Positions 40,575-50,855 of a stretch of 64,000 nucleotides of DNA are shown here, piece after piece; the first letter of the stretch is position 1; the number at the start of each line of letters is the position of its first letter. This stretch comes from an uncultured Gammaproteobacteria bacterium (lineage in GTDB: Bacteria; Pseudomonadota; Gammaproteobacteria; UBA9214): contig CAVVHS010000008.1 in NCBI GenBank assembly GCA_963748215.1, positions 32,001-96,000 of the forward strand, in the 5' to 3' direction. The notes beneath the pieces were generated by a model. The model ran no database searches. It was given only the letters and a program-made list of their open reading frames with translations, and was not told the origin of the DNA. A program made the translations under genes and the position numbers.

Positions 40575-41006
40575 TTACCTATAGCCACCCGGATTGCCGC
40601 CGTAACCACCCGGACCGCCGCCATAGCCGGGACCACCGCCATAGCCGGGACCGCCGCCATAGCCGGGACCGCCGCCATAGCCGGGACCGCCGCCATAGCC
40701 GGGACCGCCGCCATAGCCGGGACCGCCGCCATAGCCGGGACCCCCGCCATAGCCGGGACCGCCACCATAGCCGGGACCGCCACCATAGCCGGGACCACCG
40801 CCATAGCCGGGACCGCCACCATAGCCGGGACCACCACCATAGCCGGAACCACCACGATAATCATCATAACGATCATTATCATTATTACCGCCCATCCACT
40901 TGGATGGATTCATCATATTGCCCATATCCACCGCACTGGCCTGGTGCGCAAGCAGTAAGCTGGCCGCTAAAATAATTACCCTGAATTTGATGTCCTTGTT
41001 TTGCAC
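40575..41006 (-). CDS. Secreted Gly/Tyr/Pro-repeat protein, sulfur-globule-protein-like
   Basis: GGAGGA RBS, GTG start, signal peptide ending ASA, MMNPSKWMGG, then GYGGGP repeats; downstream hairpin near 40484-40507. Confidence 0.75.
   Translation of the reverse strand: MQNKDIKFRVIILAASLLLAHQASAVDMGNMMNPSKWMGGNNDNDRYDDYRGGSGYGGGPGYGGGPGYGGGPGYGGGPGYGGGPGYGGGPGYGGGPGYGGGPGYGGGPGYGGGPGYGGGPGYGGGPGYGGGPGGYGGNPGGYR
40612..40853. repeat. 18-bp coding tandem repeat, 13 copies
   Basis: CCATAGCCGG recurs every 18 bp from 40621 to 40837. Confidence 0.97.
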
Positions 41007-41489
41007 TGTATCTTCCTCCGCATAAATGTAATTGCCACTGGACAAACGATGCTACCGGTCTTGCTCACGACTAATCGCAATCGTCAGCAAGGTCGCGAGC
41101 GCGATGCTCAACCAATGAGTTTTATGTGCGCTTCCATTCGAAACACTCTCCGTTCAAGCAGTCCTCGAGCGAGGATTACATGATAATTATCATCCATTCC
41201 AATCGGGTTGTCTGTTCGTTGGCGTACATATTGCCTGTTTGGTCCAAACATGGCTGCGGGTGTGTGCGCTGGAAAATGCCGCATTATGTAGCCGCCGCCT
41301 AACATTATCTTCCACGCGACTGTTTAGCGATTACTTATACAGATTCAGCCTCGAGGTCGCATTCCGGCCAATACACAATATGCAGCACTACATTTATAAT
41401 GATGACAAAAATCATTAAATCCTGACAACGCCTCGTGGCATGGATTACTGTGTATTCATTAATTAGCGGCGTTTCAAGCAGATTGGCCT

Positions 41490-43010
41490 ATGAATGCTAA
41501 AGATGCCGGTGTAGGCATACAGTTCCCCAGCACCCAAGACGGCCATCGAAGCTCCATGGCTGCCAGTAAGGCAGTATTGGCCGCCTCCGTACTAGAGCTC
41601 GACCCGGGACTAGCCGAAGCCATTCAGACAGAACCCAACTGGCATAATCACTACGGACGCTATCTCGTAGACATGGTTCGGCTCTCAGCACGCAGCGACG
41701 CCGCGGCCGTTTCCATTGCGCACAATGGCCTGACTTCAGTTCACGGATCATTCCAGTTCGTCCGCGATGGCGATCAAATGACAGTGCGAGAAGCAATGCA
41801 TCGATTCCGCGAACCGCGTATTTACACCGGCACCATCCATGGAGAGGGGGAGCGACAGAAGCACTTGCAAATACCCTACCGGGATGGATTGCTAAGCGGC
41901 GATGCCCTGAAAAACCAGGTCGATGTCTGGGCACAGAACGGCATCATGGAACCCTCTGCTGCAGAGGCCCTGCACTGCCTCAGCAACCGGAGTGATTGGC
42001 TAGACCTTCGCGATATGCACTTTGTTTTATTGGGTGCTGCGGCCGAGATTGGGCCCATCGAGATGCTTAGCCGGCTGGGCGCCAATATCGTTGCTGTAGA
42101 TAAAGACCAACCGGCTATTTGGAAGAAACTCCTGCGCATCGCTCGGGAGGAGGCTGGATTCATGCAATTTCCCTTGCGTGAACCGTTGCCTGAAGATGCG
42201 GATGACGAGAGCCTGGCCGCTGTCGCCGGTAGCGACCTGTTGACCGCGGCACCCGAGATCCGAACCTGGCTTGCGGCCCTGGATCGTGCCTTCTGCATCG
42301 GTGGCTACGCTTATATGCACGGCCAGAATCACCTGCGTGTGGAGGTGGCGATGGATGCCATCATGGATGATCTGACGTCGCAGCGCAGGGACATCGCCCT
42401 GGCATACCTCCTGACACCAACTGATGTGTACTTGATACCTGATGAGGCCGCACAGGCGGCACGCGAGGACTTTGCACAGGCAGGCATGAGTCGCCTGTGG
42501 CGCGATCCACTGAGGGTACTGACCAAGGGTCGATTGTATGCACCAAATGCCGAATATGACATTAGCGACTTGCATGGCAACCACTATGGGCTATACGACG
42601 GAGTCATACCTCTCCAGGGGCCTAACTATGCATTGGCAAAGCGTATTCAGACATGGCGTGCTCTAGCGGCCCGCACCGCAGGACACCGAGTGTCTGCCAA
42701 CGTCGCCCCTTCCACCACCACTGCCTCGGTGTTAACACGATGGGATTTTGCAGCCGCCTACGCGGGTGCTGGATACTACGGCGTAGAGACTTTCGAGCCT
42801 GCAGCCACTAATGCAATTATGGCGGCGCTGCTTATACATGACTTGCGCAATGACGATTGCCTGGCCAATCCGGCCGTGGCGTTGCCCCACCCTCTGGCGC
42901 TGTTCATGAACGAGGCAGTGCACGGTGGCGTATGGAGGATTGGACTTCAATTACGTTCGGTAATCGAAATCGCGGCTATTAGAGGACTTATTTCTCACCC
43001 GCGCAGGTAA
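41490..43010 (+). CDS. Uncharacterised 506 aa protein with Rossmann-like and YxxxK motifs
   Basis: FVLLGAAAEIGP...IVAVD; QGPNYALAK. Confidence 0.8.
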   Translation: MNAKDAGVGIQFPSTQDGHRSSMAASKAVLAASVLELDPGLAEAIQTEPNWHNHYGRYLVDMVRLSARSDAAAVSIAHNGLTSVHGSFQFVRDGDQMTVREAMHRFREPRIYTGTIHGEGERQKHLQIPYRDGLLSGDALKNQVDVWAQNGIMEPSAAEALHCLSNRSDWLDLRDMHFVLLGAAAEIGPIEMLSRLGANIVAVDKDQPAIWKKLLRIAREEAGFMQFPLREPLPEDADDESLAAVAGSDLLTAAPEIRTWLAALDRAFCIGGYAYMHGQNHLRVEVAMDAIMDDLTSQRRDIALAYLLTPTDVYLIPDEAAQAAREDFAQAGMSRLWRDPLRVLTKGRLYAPNAEYDISDLHGNHYGLYDGVIPLQGPNYALAKRIQTWRALAARTAGHRVSANVAPSTTTASVLTRWDFAAAYAGAGYYGVETFEPAATNAIMAALLIHDLRNDDCLANPAVALPHPLALFMNEAVHGGVWRIGLQLRSVIEIAAIRGLISHPRR

Positions 43011-43105
43011 CTATGCTGATAGCTGTACGGAGGTCCGAAAAGGTCGGTTCCCGGTCACGCGTCTAATTTACTCGGTTATTCCCCCTGGAATTTCCGAGAA
43101 TGGCC

Positions 43106-43324
43106 GATAGTGTTGAAAAACTCCGTTTCCTGGCAGGTAGAGAAAATATTAGCCTGTTAAAGGTGTCACGACTCTGAACACATAGGGAGACAGTAGTTGT
43201 GGCACAATCCCTTTGCAAACAGCCTGTGGAGAACCGTGACATTCAACTGATTTTGAATATCTGATCGAAATCGATTTGAGAAGTAATCCAGACTTACAAA
43301 CTTTTCGAGTTTTTCAACACAATC
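43106..43324. mobile_element. Non-autonomous IS1182-like MITE
   Basis: GGCC|GATAGTGTTGAAAAACTC...GAGTTTTTCAACACAATC|GGCC, no ORF inside. Confidence 0.8.
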
Positions 43325-43352
43325 GGCCAACTCCTGACCTACAGCGCGATGG

Positions 43353-43376
43353 AAAACGGCCCCGAAGGGCCGTCTT
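43353..43376 (-). terminator. Intrinsic terminator after the VPLPA-CTERM gene
   Basis: ACGGCCC-TTCG-GGGCCGT-TTT on the minus strand. Confidence 0.7.
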
Positions 43377-43385
43377 ATAGAACTG

Positions 43386-43979
43386 TCAAGATACTTGCTT
43401 ACGTCTTGCTATCCCAACCAGTCCCATTAGGCCGGAGCCGAAGAGCCACACTGTAGCAGGCAGCGGCACTACGGAGGTGGTGACCGTCAGCGTCCAGGGT
43501 TGTGCAGGGAAAACCGTGCCGGCCGAAAGCTGGAAGTCCCAGATAGCCCCAAATGTAGTTTGGCTTAACGGCCCGGTTTCCGGCCCAAAGCTGTCAAAAA
43601 ATGACGCCGAGATGCTAGCACCCGAAGTGACGTTATTGAAGTTGTCATCAAACAGATTGGCCACATCATTGTATAAGTCAGTGGTCATGTTCTGACCAAT
43701 GTTGAAATCATCAAACGGCGCCGCAAATGACAGAACGATGCTGTCGACGATCAGATTGGCCACCTGTGTGAATCTGACTCGATCAGTTTCAGCAGGCGGC
43801 GTTGCGTTGATCGAGCCTAGGATCTGGTTGACACCTGCCATAAGGTTCACATTGGTGCTGCCAATAGCGTCCAGGTCACCGTTTACAGATTCGTCGTAGA
43901 TTGTTACCGCGAATGCAGAGCCCACCGACAAGACAAGTGCGGCACCTGTGATAGCACATGCCAAGGTTTTATAGTTCAT
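43386..43979 (-). CDS. VPLPA-CTERM (PEP-CTERM-type) exosortase substrate
   Basis: Signal peptide; C-terminus VVPLPATVWLFGSGLMGLVGIARRK. Confidence 0.92.
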   Translation of the reverse strand: MNYKTLACAITGAALVLSVGSAFAVTIYDESVNGDLDAIGSTNVNLMAGVNQILGSINATPPAETDRVRFTQVANLIVDSIVLSFAAPFDDFNIGQNMTTDLYNDVANLFDDNFNNVTSGASISASFFDSFGPETGPLSQTTFGAIWDFQLSAGTVFPAQPWTLTVTTSVVPLPATVWLFGSGLMGLVGIARRKQVS

Positions 43980-44293
43980 TAATGATCTCTACGTGAAATT
44001 AGTTGCGGCACTGGTTTCCCAAATGCCGTGACTCTTATTCATGATGAATATCTGCAGGACTTACAGTTGTGATAATTTCGACTAATCCTGGGTTTTCTGT
44101 ATGACCGATGTCACAAATACAAACAAACCCATCCGTCAGAAGCATTAACGATAATCAAAATGACCGTACCCCCGTAATCCGACCCTGCTCGGGTTCCGGG
44201 GTACGGTCACGCCCGCCGGCTAGACTTGGTTACTTCAACACCAATCAAAAGAAGCGGCCCGAAGGCCGCTCATGTTGGTTGTGAAAACAGCAC

Positions 44294-45226
44294 TTAAGGT
44301 ATAATGGGCGGGAAATCGTAAACTGTATTGGCACCGGCAATAACAGTCACTGTGGCCTCGCTAAGGAAGTTGACAGTCGCACTGTCATCATCAACTACCG
44401 GATCATCTGCCATGGCATCACAGGTAAAGGCAATGTGGTAGTCTCCCTCGGATAGAAATGCGACCTTATAGTTGTATACACCGTCATCAGGAACCAGTGC
44501 CGAGGTAATTGGATCCGGGCCACCACCCGTCCCGTCTTCGTCGTCAGGCGCTCCAGCTGTGCCATCATGGAACACGTAGACAGCACCGCCGCAATTACCA
44601 CTGGCAAAGTAACCTGGATCTATGCTTCCTGATAATGTCCCAACTTCTGTGTTATCCACGATCCGAAGTGTTGGACGCAGTATATAGTCACTGCTGCCGA
44701 CCGGGTCATGCACTGACTTACGCAGATCAAAATCAATTGTGAACTCGGCCATGCCGCCAGCGGGCACAACAAAACCTCGGTTCAGCTTAAGCCCGCTTTC
44801 ATCACCACTCGGAATACGTAGCTCGTACTCCTGGCCAGCGACTACGATGTAGGAGTCACGCACGTTCTGTTTCGCGTTGACCATGAGTCTTAACCAGTTG
44901 TACTGGCCTGAGGGTAAAGTTTCATTATCGAGAATCAAGTCGGAAGTCCCGCCTGTCAACGTCATCAGGTCAATCTGACAGGATGCCGGGTCCAGGGCAC
45001 AACGGTCAGTAAAATCGAATGTGATGCGCGCCCCGCTGGCTGGCTGCAACTCCACACCATAGAACTCGACGACGACTTCGTCAGCACTGTCAACAGGGGC
45101 ATCTGTAAGTCCTAGGCTTAGCGAGCCTGTTGATGCGCCACCACCACCGCCGCCACATGCCGCAAGCAAGAACGTCAATCCGGCGGCAGACATAAGGTTG
45201 ATAAAGCTGGATCCTGCATTTCTCAT
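44294..45226 (-). CDS. DUF4382-like lipoprotein
   Basis: LAAC lipobox, LSLGLTDAPVD, IPSGDESGLKL, TIDFDLRKS, YILRP. Confidence 0.88.
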   Translation of the reverse strand: MRNAGSSFINLMSAAGLTFLLAACGGGGGGASTGSLSLGLTDAPVDSADEVVVEFYGVELQPASGARITFDFTDRCALDPASCQIDLMTLTGGTSDLILDNETLPSGQYNWLRLMVNAKQNVRDSYIVVAGQEYELRIPSGDESGLKLNRGFVVPAGGMAEFTIDFDLRKSVHDPVGSSDYILRPTLRIVDNTEVGTLSGSIDPGYFASGNCGGAVYVFHDGTAGAPDDEDGTGGGPDPITSALVPDDGVYNYKVAFLSEGDYHIAFTCDAMADDPVVDDDSATVNFLSEATVTVIAGANTVYDFPPIIP

Positions 45227-45416
45227 AAACTTTTACTCTTTCCTGGTGGTTAACTCATCAACTATCCTAGAATCAGACCAGCTTACATAGTGTGAGCTTG
45301 GCAGGATAAATGTGTGGTTATCACTTCAGACCACAGGCAGACATCCGTTGATTTCACATCGATTGTTACTTAAATACTATATGACTCGAAGCAGAGACTG
45401 CTGAAAACCGATTCGA

Positions 45417-45734
45417 TCAACAGTGTCCTTTTTTCCTGTGGCCGGGCGGGCAATGGTAGTAATAAGGCTGGCTTCTCCGAGGTGGAGCATACTCGTGATG
45501 AACTCTCTGCGGTGGATATCGATGAGTGTGCCCGTCGGTAGTAACTGCCGCTCCAACGGCTCCACCGAGCGCACCACCTAGAATGGCACCATCACGACCA
45601 CCGATCTCGTTACCAATGGCTGCGCCGGCGGCACCACCGATGCCGCCGCCGATTGCCGCGTCCAATGTTGAATTATCTGCGTTCACTTCAACAGCTATAA
45701 GCATGACTGCTAGAGCACAATATTTTATCTTCAT
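45417..45734 (-). CDS. Glycine-zipper domain protein
   Basis: Signal peptide, GGGIGGAAGAAIG...GGALGGAVGAA, CPPGHRKKGHC. Confidence 0.85.
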   Translation of the reverse strand: MKIKYCALAVMLIAVEVNADNSTLDAAIGGGIGGAAGAAIGNEIGGRDGAILGGALGGAVGAAVTTDGHTHRYPPQRVHHEYAPPRRSQPYYYHCPPGHRKKGHC

Positions 45735-46299
45735 GGGATTAAACGTCCTGGCTTGGGTTAATTATAATTTGCATCATCTTCAATTGTTCCTGGTAATAGG
45801 GTGACCTTGATCACAGTCCAGTTCAGGTATTCGATACTGCCACATAGCTAACTTGTTACCTGTCTGTAAAAGTCTTGATTACAATTGGTCGGCCATTACC
45901 AGCATGAAGTGAGGAAACGGGTATCTTTTCATGATGCACAAGCTCATATCGACCACGTTTCGTCAAATATTACAGCATAAGGCAATTCCTATACCAATGA
46001 CTGAGATGCCATTAGAAAACACTTAGTTACACGGATCTGGTTTGATCTGGGCGAAATACTCACCCCGTAAAAAATGCCGTATGCGTCGTTGAACAAAGAC
46101 ACAAATATACATTCGATAGCTAACATGCTGATGCGGAGGAAATTAATCTGTACCTACTGGACGACATGTCGAGGTAAAGACCTATTGTCAGTAGCTATCA
46201 GCAGTGGTGGAGATAAGCGCGCCTACTGTTGAGGTAGTTCCTATTCAGATAATCGTCATGTATTGCATAACTATACAGCGCCATCAGAACTGAATGAGC

Positions 46300-46525
46300 A
46301 GGTCCGTTTACGACATGTACCGCGACATTCAGCCCGAAACGACGGACTTCTGATTTGGGTCGACTCCCGCCGATTAGCGAAAGTTTATATAAGCGTCTCA
46401 TGTAGGACGGGAACCGGCCAGCTCTCGCCCTTCCCGGGCGAGATGCGAACGGTGAAAATGCAGCAATATTTGCCGTTCCCGTCATACAGCCTTTAGTTCA
46501 GAGAATGAGCTGTGATTGTCATTCA
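46300..46525 (+). repeat. Array of degenerate ~30-bp hairpin units
   Basis: Units near 46300, 46345 (TTGGGTCGACTCCCGCC), 46404 (CGGCCA), 46447 (GAACGG-N20-CCGTTC). Confidence 0.6.
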
Positions 46526-46561
46526 TCCTTGCGCAATGCCGACATGAGACGACATGGCTCC

Positions 46562-47962
46562 TTAATTAATCAATGCCTTAGCTATCACGTCAACCGCCTT
46601 TATAAGCTCGATCCGAAAGCGGTCTGCTCCGCCCGAACCACAGAACCGTCCCAGATCAGAACAAGCAGATTCTGGCTGCACAATTTGCTGCAACCATTCA
46701 ATCCCTATTTCTTCCTTTGAGTGCCATGCATTGCTATTTGTATAAGTAAGAAAGGCATCATATAACGTTGGTTCTCTGAAGGTACCTTTAACTCGCGCAC
46801 GTACTGCAAGTTCGAAGCAATAGCCGCCCTCTTGATTGCATTGCCTAAATTGAATCCTCTGGAGAATCAACTCGAGTGCGCCATCTTGTAGTGAATATTC
46901 TTCATCACTTGCATGATTACTTAACTCGACTGCTAAAGTATTCCCAGCTTCCCTCGCTCTTTCTGCAACGCGTCTACCCAATAGATTGGGGACGTCGATA
47001 CTGTGCAATTCATTAACCAGTTGCTCTATGCAAGGACCCCAAGCCTGCTCCGCAGCGGCCACCTCAGAGGTCTCGAGTGCAGCAGCAAACGGCCAGTAAG
47101 CGAAAGCCAGCAATATCAGCCCGCCGCATCCAGGGCCATAGCAATTGCCACCATAGCGTGAGTCACCCCCCCCGAAGTAACGCTCATGCGCTTTCGCCTT
47201 CCAGTCCGGATAATCAAGGTTCTTGCCGTTTCCGGTCACAATCCTTACGGATTGCAGAAGGGATAATTCATGCTTAGATAAGGAACTTCCGTATCGGGAT
47301 ACCAGAATCTTCTCGAGTCTTCCAAATTCAGGGAAGTTCTGTATAGCAATATCAGTTGCAGCCTCAGTTTCGTCATTCAGTAATACTTCACTACTGCATG
47401 CCTTGTACTGGATATCAGCATGTCGTGTGGTACAAGAGATATGTATAGAACCTGCATAAATGATCGGTTTTTCGGGAGGAACATTAATCCAATAGCTGGG
47501 GCGGCGATTGGATCCATCTGAATCTCGCCATGTTCCTTCTGTGCCATACGGGGTATCAATGAGTATACGATAGCTCCCTGGTTCTAAAAGCAGATAGCGC
47601 CATCCCGCTTTTTGTGCCTCCTCTGACGGCGCATTATTCTTCACCACAGGTATAAACTTGGGCGGCAGAGTGGTAATTCTCACCGGTATCAGTCTAATAA
47701 ACGTACGATCCCAACCAGTCTCCCAGGCCATTATTGGTTTACCGTCATCGGTACCCGAGATACGAAACAAAACGATCGACTTAGCATTGAGCCGAACTGC
47801 AGCTGCTTCACTGGGTGTCAGTTCTCGCACCGGAATCATTGTGCAACTTGGCAATACCACCTGCACAAACAGAATGAATATCATATATATCTTGAGCGGG
47901 CGGTAGCTACCTTGTCGTACCCTGATCGTCCAGCACAATGGGGTTTTGTATTTGGAGTTCAC
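46562..47962 (-). CDS. Hypothetical lipoprotein-like protein
   Basis: 466 aa low-GC ORF; LPSC lipobox suggests a start near 47884; internal TM segment. Confidence 0.7.
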   Translation of the reverse strand: MNSKYKTPLCWTIRVRQGSYRPLKIYMIFILFVQVVLPSCTMIPVRELTPSEAAAVRLNAKSIVLFRISGTDDGKPIMAWETGWDRTFIRLIPVRITTLPPKFIPVVKNNAPSEEAQKAGWRYLLLEPGSYRILIDTPYGTEGTWRDSDGSNRRPSYWINVPPEKPIIYAGSIHISCTTRHADIQYKACSSEVLLNDETEAATDIAIQNFPEFGRLEKILVSRYGSSLSKHELSLLQSVRIVTGNGKNLDYPDWKAKAHERYFGGGDSRYGGNCYGPGCGGLILLAFAYWPFAAALETSEVAAAEQAWGPCIEQLVNELHSIDVPNLLGRRVAERAREAGNTLAVELSNHASDEEYSLQDGALELILQRIQFRQCNQEGGYCFELAVRARVKGTFREPTLYDAFLTYTNSNAWHSKEEIGIEWLQQIVQPESACSDLGRFCGSGGADRFRIELIKAVDVIAKALIN

Positions 47963-48264
47963 TCCGGAATCTCGTATTAGCTCAGACGTGCGCTATTGTC
48001 CCGAAAATCGTGATTCAAAATAAATCATGGCCATCATCACCATCAGCATCGACCCGGGTCAATACCAATCCAAGGCCTGAAACAGAAAGATCAGTGTAGT
48101 ATCATCAGCTTCGCGAAGAAACTCGTTATTTGGGAATTTCTGACGGTAAAAACAGGTACTTTCGTCTTGAGTAGGAAGCTGCCTACCAGAGCCCGAGCCG
48201 GCAACGGCGTCTTTCAGTGCATTTTCACCGTATAGTCCCTATTTCTGGACGGCAACTTCGGGTC

Positions 48265-49941
48265 CAGACTGTGTGAAAACTCGCTTCATTACTCATTTTG
48301 AAGCGATGCCACAGATCATAGCGCATTTTTCCATATGACCCACTGAGAGGGCGTTCCAGGTGCGAGCATTGCCGGCCTTGCGTGTAAACACTTTCACTGC
48401 CGAGAGATGCTGTGGTACTGCGAGAGCGGTAAAAACGGCCCTGATCAGGCCATCTGCATCTTCAGCATCAGTCCTTCAACACCGAATATACTCATGGCGC
48501 GTTTCAGATTGTAAGCCAGCACATGCAGGCTCATTTCCGTGCTGACATGTTTCAGCGTTTTCATCTGAAAGTGGGTGTGTCCCACCCAGGCTTTCAGCGT
48601 TCCAAAAGGATGCTCTACTGTTTGCCGACGCACCCGCATACGCTCTGGATGTTTATCAAGTCGGGCCTGGAGTCTCTCGATGACCACCTCGTGCTCCCAA
48701 CGAGTCACACGCCGCTCCTTGCCTGGCGTGCACCTGGCTTTGATCGCGCACTGCCCACACACCGAAGTCCAATAACGATAGATCTTCAGTCCATCCTGGA
48801 TTGAGCTCATATGGTTAACTAATCGCTCGCCCGCTGGACACTCGTACTCGTCGTCTTCAGGCTTATAGACAAAGTCACGTTTGTCGAAATAGCCTTTGGT
48901 CTGTTTGTTGGATGTCTGAGGCTTTGGTAAATAGGTCGTAAGCCCGGCTTCGTCGCAGGCTCGTATCTCCTCGTTGCTGAAGTAGCCACGGTCAGCTACC
49001 ACTTCGAGTTCATCGGCACCTATCGCTTCTCGCGCCTGCTCGGCCATGGGTGAGAGCTGGCTCCGGTCATGACCGACGTTCGTTACTTCGTGGGTGACAA
49101 TGATATGGTGCTTCGTATCGACCGCCGTCTGGACGTTGTAGCCGACTATCCCGGAACCACGGCCACTCGTCGCCATCGAGCGAGCATCCGGATCAGTCAG
49201 GGAAATCTGCTGATCAGGTACAGCCAGCATCTCAACTTCGAGCGCCTTTAGCCGTGCTATCTCTCCCTTCAAGATCTCAATCTTCTCCTTCAGTCGCTGC
49301 GACTTGTTTTCCGCCAACTCCGATTCTTGGCGATCAACGCTCTCCATCTCAGAGAAATACCGCGCAATGCTTTCATCAATCTGCTCGAGACGACGCTTTA
49401 ACTTCGCCTTCGTGAAATTCCGGTCACGATTGTTCACAGCCTTGAACTTGCTGCCATCGATAGCGACAAACGCATCAGTAAACAGCTCCAGTTTGCGACA
49501 GATCAGCACAAACTCCCGGCAGACCTTCTGGATGGCTTTGCTGTTATCTTTCCGAAAATCGGCAATGGTTTTGAAAGCAGGGGCTAATCGACCGGTTAAC
49601 CACATCAGCTCAACATTGCGCTGCGCCTCCCGCTCCAGACGACGGCTGGACTGAACGCGGTTCAGGTAACCGTAGATATAGATCTTGAGCAGAGTGGCAG
49701 GATGGTAGGGAGATCGCCCGGTGTCTTCAGGTACAGTTCTGAAACCGAGTGCGCCCAAATCCAGTTCATCAACAAACACATCAATGACACGAACCGGGCT
49801 GCTTTCGGCAATGTAATCATCAAGCCGCTCCGGGAATAATGTGGCTTGTGTCCTGCATTCTCCTTCAATAAAACCTGTCATTTCACGGCTTTCCTGAATG
49901 AAAGCCGTATTATATCGATTCCAGAGTTTTCACACAGTCTG
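48265..49941 (-). mobile_element. IS1182-family insertion sequence, 1677 bp
   Basis: Perfect 18-bp TIRs CAGACTGTGTGAAAACTC; GGTC duplicated at 48261-48264 and 49942-49945. Confidence 0.95.
48445..49881 (-). CDS. IS1182-family DDE transposase
   Basis: SSRRLERE, TIADFRKDN, IDGSKFKA, TDPDAR, ADRGY, VEHPFGTLK. Confidence 0.96.
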   Translation of the reverse strand: MTGFIEGECRTQATLFPERLDDYIAESSPVRVIDVFVDELDLGALGFRTVPEDTGRSPYHPATLLKIYIYGYLNRVQSSRRLEREAQRNVELMWLTGRLAPAFKTIADFRKDNSKAIQKVCREFVLICRKLELFTDAFVAIDGSKFKAVNNRDRNFTKAKLKRRLEQIDESIARYFSEMESVDRQESELAENKSQRLKEKIEILKGEIARLKALEVEMLAVPDQQISLTDPDARSMATSGRGSGIVGYNVQTAVDTKHHIIVTHEVTNVGHDRSQLSPMAEQAREAIGADELEVVADRGYFSNEEIRACDEAGLTTYLPKPQTSNKQTKGYFDKRDFVYKPEDDEYECPAGERLVNHMSSIQDGLKIYRYWTSVCGQCAIKARCTPGKERRVTRWEHEVVIERLQARLDKHPERMRVRRQTVEHPFGTLKAWVGHTHFQMKTLKHVSTEMSLHVLAYNLKRAMSIFGVEGLMLKMQMA

Positions 49942-50130
49942 GGTCGGCTCCCGTCGATTGGCGAGTTCTTATATAAGGATTTCATGTAGTACCGGGTTCG
50001 GACAACAGTTGCCGTTCCTTTAACGCAGTAAACTCGCTGATGCGGGTTATCTAATCGGCGACTATCGGCCAACTCCTGACCTACACGGACGACCAGCGAA
50101 GGGCAACTGTGCCGCAGAAGTTGTCGTTCC
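49942..50130 (+). repeat. Array of degenerate hairpin units (continues 48150-48264 across the IS)
   Basis: Reconstructed GACGG-CAACTTCGGGTCGGCTC-CCGTC; further units near 49986, 50054, 50098. Confidence 0.6.
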
Positions 50131-50370
50131 CGCCCAGTTAATGGTAATTCAGTAACCAGCCACAGACTATCCTTCCCTGGTGCAGTAATCCTGCTCCGAC
50201 TCCCTGTTAATGCAAGGAGGGATTCTTTGCGCCACTGCATACCGCCTGGATTCTCTCTTGTAGTTCCGTGTGTTTTTCACTGCTGTTTTCATTTCTCGCC
50301 TCGTTATGGCATTTTACCGCTTTAACCCGGTGTACGGATTTGGCAGACCACTTCAGTTCAAGGTGACATC

Positions 50371-50778
50371 ATGAGATATATACATACCGGTTCAGTGGCA
50401 CGTACCACCCTCATAACACTGGCCGCCATTGCGGCCTTTTTAGTGGTTGCAATCACGTTGTTGCCCAAAGGGTTTAGCAGCGACACCTCCGTTATCGGAC
50501 AGGGTTCCCATGTCGTCGTGCTTGCTCACAACAAGGAATCGATGTATAGCCTGAACCTCATGGACTCGCTGAATAAAGTTCGTTCTGAATATTCCGATCG
50601 AATTGAATTTCGAGTAGTTGATATGAACACACCGCAAGGACAAGCGTTTCTCCAGCAACAACAAGTCCGATCCGTCTCCTTACTATTTTTCGCGCCAGAC
50701 GGCACGCGGCAACGCGTCGTCAGCAACATCGATGACGAAACCGAATTGCGTGCGAGCCTGAATTCAATTTTCAATTAG
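50371..50778 (+). CDS. Membrane-anchored thioredoxin-like protein without CXXC
   Basis: N-terminal TM, IEFRVVD, LLFFAPDG; no Cys. Confidence 0.7.
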   Translation: MRYIHTGSVARTTLITLAAIAAFLVVAITLLPKGFSSDTSVIGQGSHVVVLAHNKESMYSLNLMDSLNKVRSEYSDRIEFRVVDMNTPQGQAFLQQQQVRSVSLLFFAPDGTRQRVVSNIDDETELRASLNSIFN

Positions 50779-50855
50779 TCGTAAATACGACTTTCCGTCA
50801 ATAGCAGCAAGCAAAACCGGGGTCAGAACACAGTTTTCGCGTATAGCAACTTACG

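Noticed and set aside
40612-40853. Possible CRISPR array
   Set aside because: Head-to-tail 18-bp units with no spacers, in frame within a CDS; no cas genes
40428-40958. AIAGTA or MAAVPA repeat proteins
   Set aside because: Alternative frames of the 18-bp repeat; only the GYGGGP frame has an RBS, signal peptide and synonymous variation
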